A stretch of DNA of 64,000 nt, taken from positions 1-64,000 of the forward strand of contig NIVC01002977.1 of the NCBI GenBank assembly GCA_002269645.1. The letters are read 5' to 3'. Source of the stretch: Macrostomum lignano. Taxonomy: Eukaryota. The first letter of the stretch is position 1; each line of letters begins with the position of its first letter. Of the stretch, positions 60,247 to 64,000 are shown piece after piece. The notes beneath the pieces were generated by a model. The model was given only the letters and a program-made list of their open reading frames with translations, searched no databases and was not told the DNA's origin. The position numbers were made by a program, and so were the translations under genes.

Positions 60247-61620
60247 TTGGTTTCTTGTGGTTTTAACGGCAGTTTTTTAATTAAATTGACGAAAGAATCG
60301 TTTTTGCAAAATAATTACTTTATTCAAAAACTTTTTTTTTCTGTACCAAAACAGAAACCCACCCCACAACAAGAAAAACATATCAATTGCTTCTCAGATG
60401 ATCTAAAGGATCTGGAGAATAAAATCCCAAATCTCGACATGCAAAACCCAGCTTTCATCCATAATTTAAGCAAGAAAGTTCAGCAAATCCAAAGTAAAAT
60501 CACAGTAGAAACAAAAAACCCTCTCTGTTCAGCATTGCCACAATTTCTTAAAGACCTGAGAAATGCCACCAGGCATGCCAGCAGAAGATATAAGATGTTC
60601 CCCACAAGTAGCAACCTCGCATCCAAAATACAGCTTAAAAAAACATATGAAAAAAGCTTGATTTCTTGGAAACATGAATCAATACTGTGTGCAGAAAACA
60701 TGATCAACCAGGCTTATATTCAAAATGATACAAGACAGCTTTGGCAATTACTGAAACCACATAACCGCCCCAATAACAATGCAGCAATTGACGAAAAATT
60801 TGTCATACACTTTCAAAATCTTGTAACTGAACAAGACAGCAGCATTAGACTAGCATACAATCTTCACCTTGACAACCCTATTCTGACTAATTTAGAGGAT
60901 TTCAATGCCCCATTCACCAAAGAAGAAGTTATAAAACATATTAAAAAGCTCAAAACCGACAAAGCACCTGGGCATGATAAAGTATATGTAGAAACACTCA
61001 AATACCTTGAAAACGAACTTACTGACCTCCTATGCTCACTTTTCAACGAAGCACTCAAACAGGGAACCTTTCCAACTAGTTGGATTACAAATACTCTTCA
61101 TCCGATTTATAAAAACAAAGGCAGCAGTGCCGACCCCAACAATTACAGAGGAATCTGCATTCAACCAATTTTTGGCAAGCTCTTTTGCCAAATTATTAAA
61201 TCCAGACTTGAAAACCTAGCATACGCTAACAATCTTATATCAAAATACCAATACGGTTTCAAGCCCAATCACAGCACAATCGACCAATGTTTTAATCTTT
61301 ACAACATTATAAACCAGTCCATCTACAACAAAAATGAACTCTTTATCGGTTTTGTTGACTATGAAAAAGCCTTCGATAGCTTAAATCAACCGACCCTTTG
61401 GCACAAAACGGATAACCAAGGTATTAAAGGTCAAATGACAGAACTTATCAAGAACATGCATAAAAATGCCTGTTTCATTCTAAAGAAAGATGATGATGAT
61501 GATGAAACCCAGCCAATCCCAATATCTAAAGGTGTTCTTCAAGGTAACCCTCTCTCTACCATCCTTTTTGAACTATATATTGACGACATTGTTGAATATC
61601 TTGAACTCTCTAGCGCTACC
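60247..61620 (+). mobile_element. Non-LTR retrotransposon (LINE) reverse transcriptase fragment
   Basis: FTKEEVIKHIKKLKTDKAPGHD, PIYKNKG..DPNNYRGI, YQYGFKPNHSTID, FVDYEKAFDS, GVLQGNPLSTILFELYIDD; no endonuclease domain; broken before the YADD-equivalent. Confidence 0.9.
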
Positions 61621-61856
61621 CTAGTCGACCGAAATTACAAGAAATTGTCGAAAATTGCAATCTACTTGCCGAAATTGTACAATAATTGCCAATTGCGTGC
61701 ACATCAATTGCAATTTTGGATAAGCTGATTACAATCAAAATTGCAATTTTAGCAATTTTGCACACGCGGATTGTAAGTTTTGCAATTTAGACCAATTGAA
61801 TTGTAATTTATGCAATTTCTGGCGCAATCCAATTGCAATTACTTTCGGTGGATAGA
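61620..61856. mobile_element. Possible degenerate MITE-like insertion interrupting the LINE RT
   Basis: Imperfect inverted ends CTAGTCGACCGAAA / TTTCGGTGGATAG, internal CAATTG-rich repeats, abrupt loss of RT-like sequence; no TSD seen. Confidence 0.35.
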
Positions 61857-62399
61857 CACACAGTTTACTCTAAGTAGCATGTATGGCTTTTGCCGATGTT
61901 CTGAATTTTTAGATTAGAAAATTAATGTAAGGAAGACAATAAACACATGAGAGGATGTTTTTCTGACCAGACTTGATTACTATTGAGCAGTTTATGTACA
62001 ATAAGTACAATATGCACAATGGCATTTTATTACTATATTTATATAACACTCAAATTAAAGCTGGACAGAAAGTGAAACGTTAAAAGTCATTAAAATTGAA
62101 ATTTGAATACATACAAAATGTTTTCCCGTATTTTTACTTTTTTCTTACTATACAACAGTCAACAAAAATCAAACAAGATACACAACTAGCAAGCAATAAG
62201 CGAATTATTGTATGGCAATTGGTTCAAGTGATCTATATTTTGAAAATGATCTGCAACAGATACAATTCTTAGTAGTGCTTACTCAGTTTTAACAGTTCCT
62301 ACTCAGCTTCAAGTCATCCCAAATTTAGCCATATTCATGGTAGCAAGAATCCAGTATAACGAGACACAAGTCCTTATCGGGAAAAATATTATTGACTGA

Positions 62400-63150
62400 A
62401 ACAAACTAATACAGAAAATTACATCCCACTGGAATAGTGCAGGTGTTAGAAGATGGGCGGCAGATAAACAAGAAAGTATTTGCTAAACATAATATATCAG
62501 CAGCAATAGGTACATTGGACGGATTCAAAAAGTCTTGTAAATTGCAGACATCTAAAAAAATTACATCAGCTAAAATATTGGTGCCATTCAGAAAATGAAC
62601 TACTTTGCAGAAACTACCATCTTTTAACTGCACAATACATGACTGAGTAGGGGGCAGTATTGGATAAGAAGTAGCATAAAAGAGACAATTGTTTTGTGCT
62701 ATTGCGTAAGCGATAGAAATTGCCAGCAGCCAGCAGGTGGAAGGACTACTTGATAAAATTCTAAACTTAGAAGTGAGCAGCTCAAAAATGTGGCTATTAG
62801 ATTAAGCAGTAGCTCCCTCCTTAAGACAGAAAGTGCAACATTTTTGGAGAGTGAGCTTTTTGCATATTTGCAAAATTTTCACATATTTAAGGGTTTGTGC
62901 ATCCAAATCAACAGACATTTCATTATCAAGTCTCTCAAAAATTGTCTCAGTACTAAAATCTTCTTCAGCAAGGCGGTCAAAAGTTCATTCAGCAATTTTC
63001 AGGAATTGTTTAGGAACCAGAGAATGACATGGTCAAAACTTAGAGTTGCAAACTTTTCAAGCTTTTTGGATGATCTTGAGCAAGAATTAATGTGTCAAGA
63101 AGTACTGAAAAGATGAATAAATATTTAAGCTTTTTTACTATACCAATGAA
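62400..63150 (-). mobile_element. Possible decayed CACTA/EnSpm-like transposase relic
   Basis: Broken minus-strand frames with LKDGSFCKV..DFLNPS and SHIFELLTSKFR, loosely like the C-terminal part of animal CMC transposases; many stops. Confidence 0.3.
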
Positions 63151-64000
63151 ATCAAATAAACAAACTGTAGATCAATACTACTATGATACTAGAGCTATAT
63201 AGCTATCTATTCTTTGTCAATGAATTAATTAATTTTCCCTAAATAGCTATACTGGACCTAATGATTATATAGTCTATATTATATAGACTATTGATACGAA
63301 CACAATATATTCAATAGAATTTTAATCATGGACCTATTTTCATTGCCTTTGCATGTTTACAATTTTAATGATTTGAGCATTGTGTAAAGAAGAAAATAGC
63401 TAAAATGTATCAAAATATAGATCTACAGGGTAGCTAGTTTTGACTGTTATAGCATTGTTAACAAGTTGTGTAGCCTAACTATAGTAGCTCTACTATAAAT
63501 TAGGCCTATAGCTAATATAATAGCTATCCAAATATAGCCATACCCATAGCATAGGCATAGGTGATAGTTCAATTAAAAAAGAAGGATACCAGTACCAATT
63601 AGTATTAGGCTCACCCTTACTGCTTATTATAGTCTAGTAGGCTTGTTGCTTAGCTACTTCAAGTCTTGGTACCTGTCCATTTTGGCGACAAACCATTTCA
63701 GCAACATGTCAATTTGGTGACAAACCATTTCAGCAACATGTCAATTTGGCGACAACCATTTTGTCAACAAATATAATACAAAAAATTACAAGCATCTACG
63801 GTACAGTGAACTACCCCCAGCTGACATGACCCCCCCAGCAGGAATTTTGTTGAAACTGTTGGGGCGGAGTACAAAGCCGGCACCAGAACTCGTGAGGCGT
63901 TGCTGCTTGCATGCAGTGGTATGAATGCCCCCATGGAAGAGTAAACATCATATACGAATTTTAATTTTGAATTGGAATTCAAATTTTCTCGTCGTTTCTT

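Overview
Eukaryotic (animal) genomic DNA with spliceosomal GT-AG introns, GC-rich exons and AT-rich intergenic DNA. The style (GC-rich exons, minisatellite-filled introns) resembles the flatworm Macrostomum; this is an inference only. Genes reconstructed by hand, in order: a 5'-incomplete TRPM-family channel (+, five 1-bp indels); an unknown EF-hand protein (+); a 51-aa single-TM microprotein (+); a 5'-truncated alpha-1,3-fucosyltransferase (-); two convergent SAM-less SAMHD1-like HD dNTPase paralogs (+, 5'-truncated; -, complete); an MFSD2-like transporter (-) whose last exon carries a hAT MITE with a perfect 8-bp TSD; TDP2 (+); and NIM1K kinase (-). Mobile DNA includes a CORE-type tRNA-SINE, several MITEs, decayed hAT and CACTA-like transposase relics and a LINE RT fragment. 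Most long ORFs in the supplied track are translations of tandem repeats, not genes. The most striking structure: 19 of 23 reconstructed introns, and most gene 3' ends, carry their own unrelated minisatellite, and at least three arrays are direct amplifications of a functional signal (two exon/5'-splice-site junctions and one stop codon).
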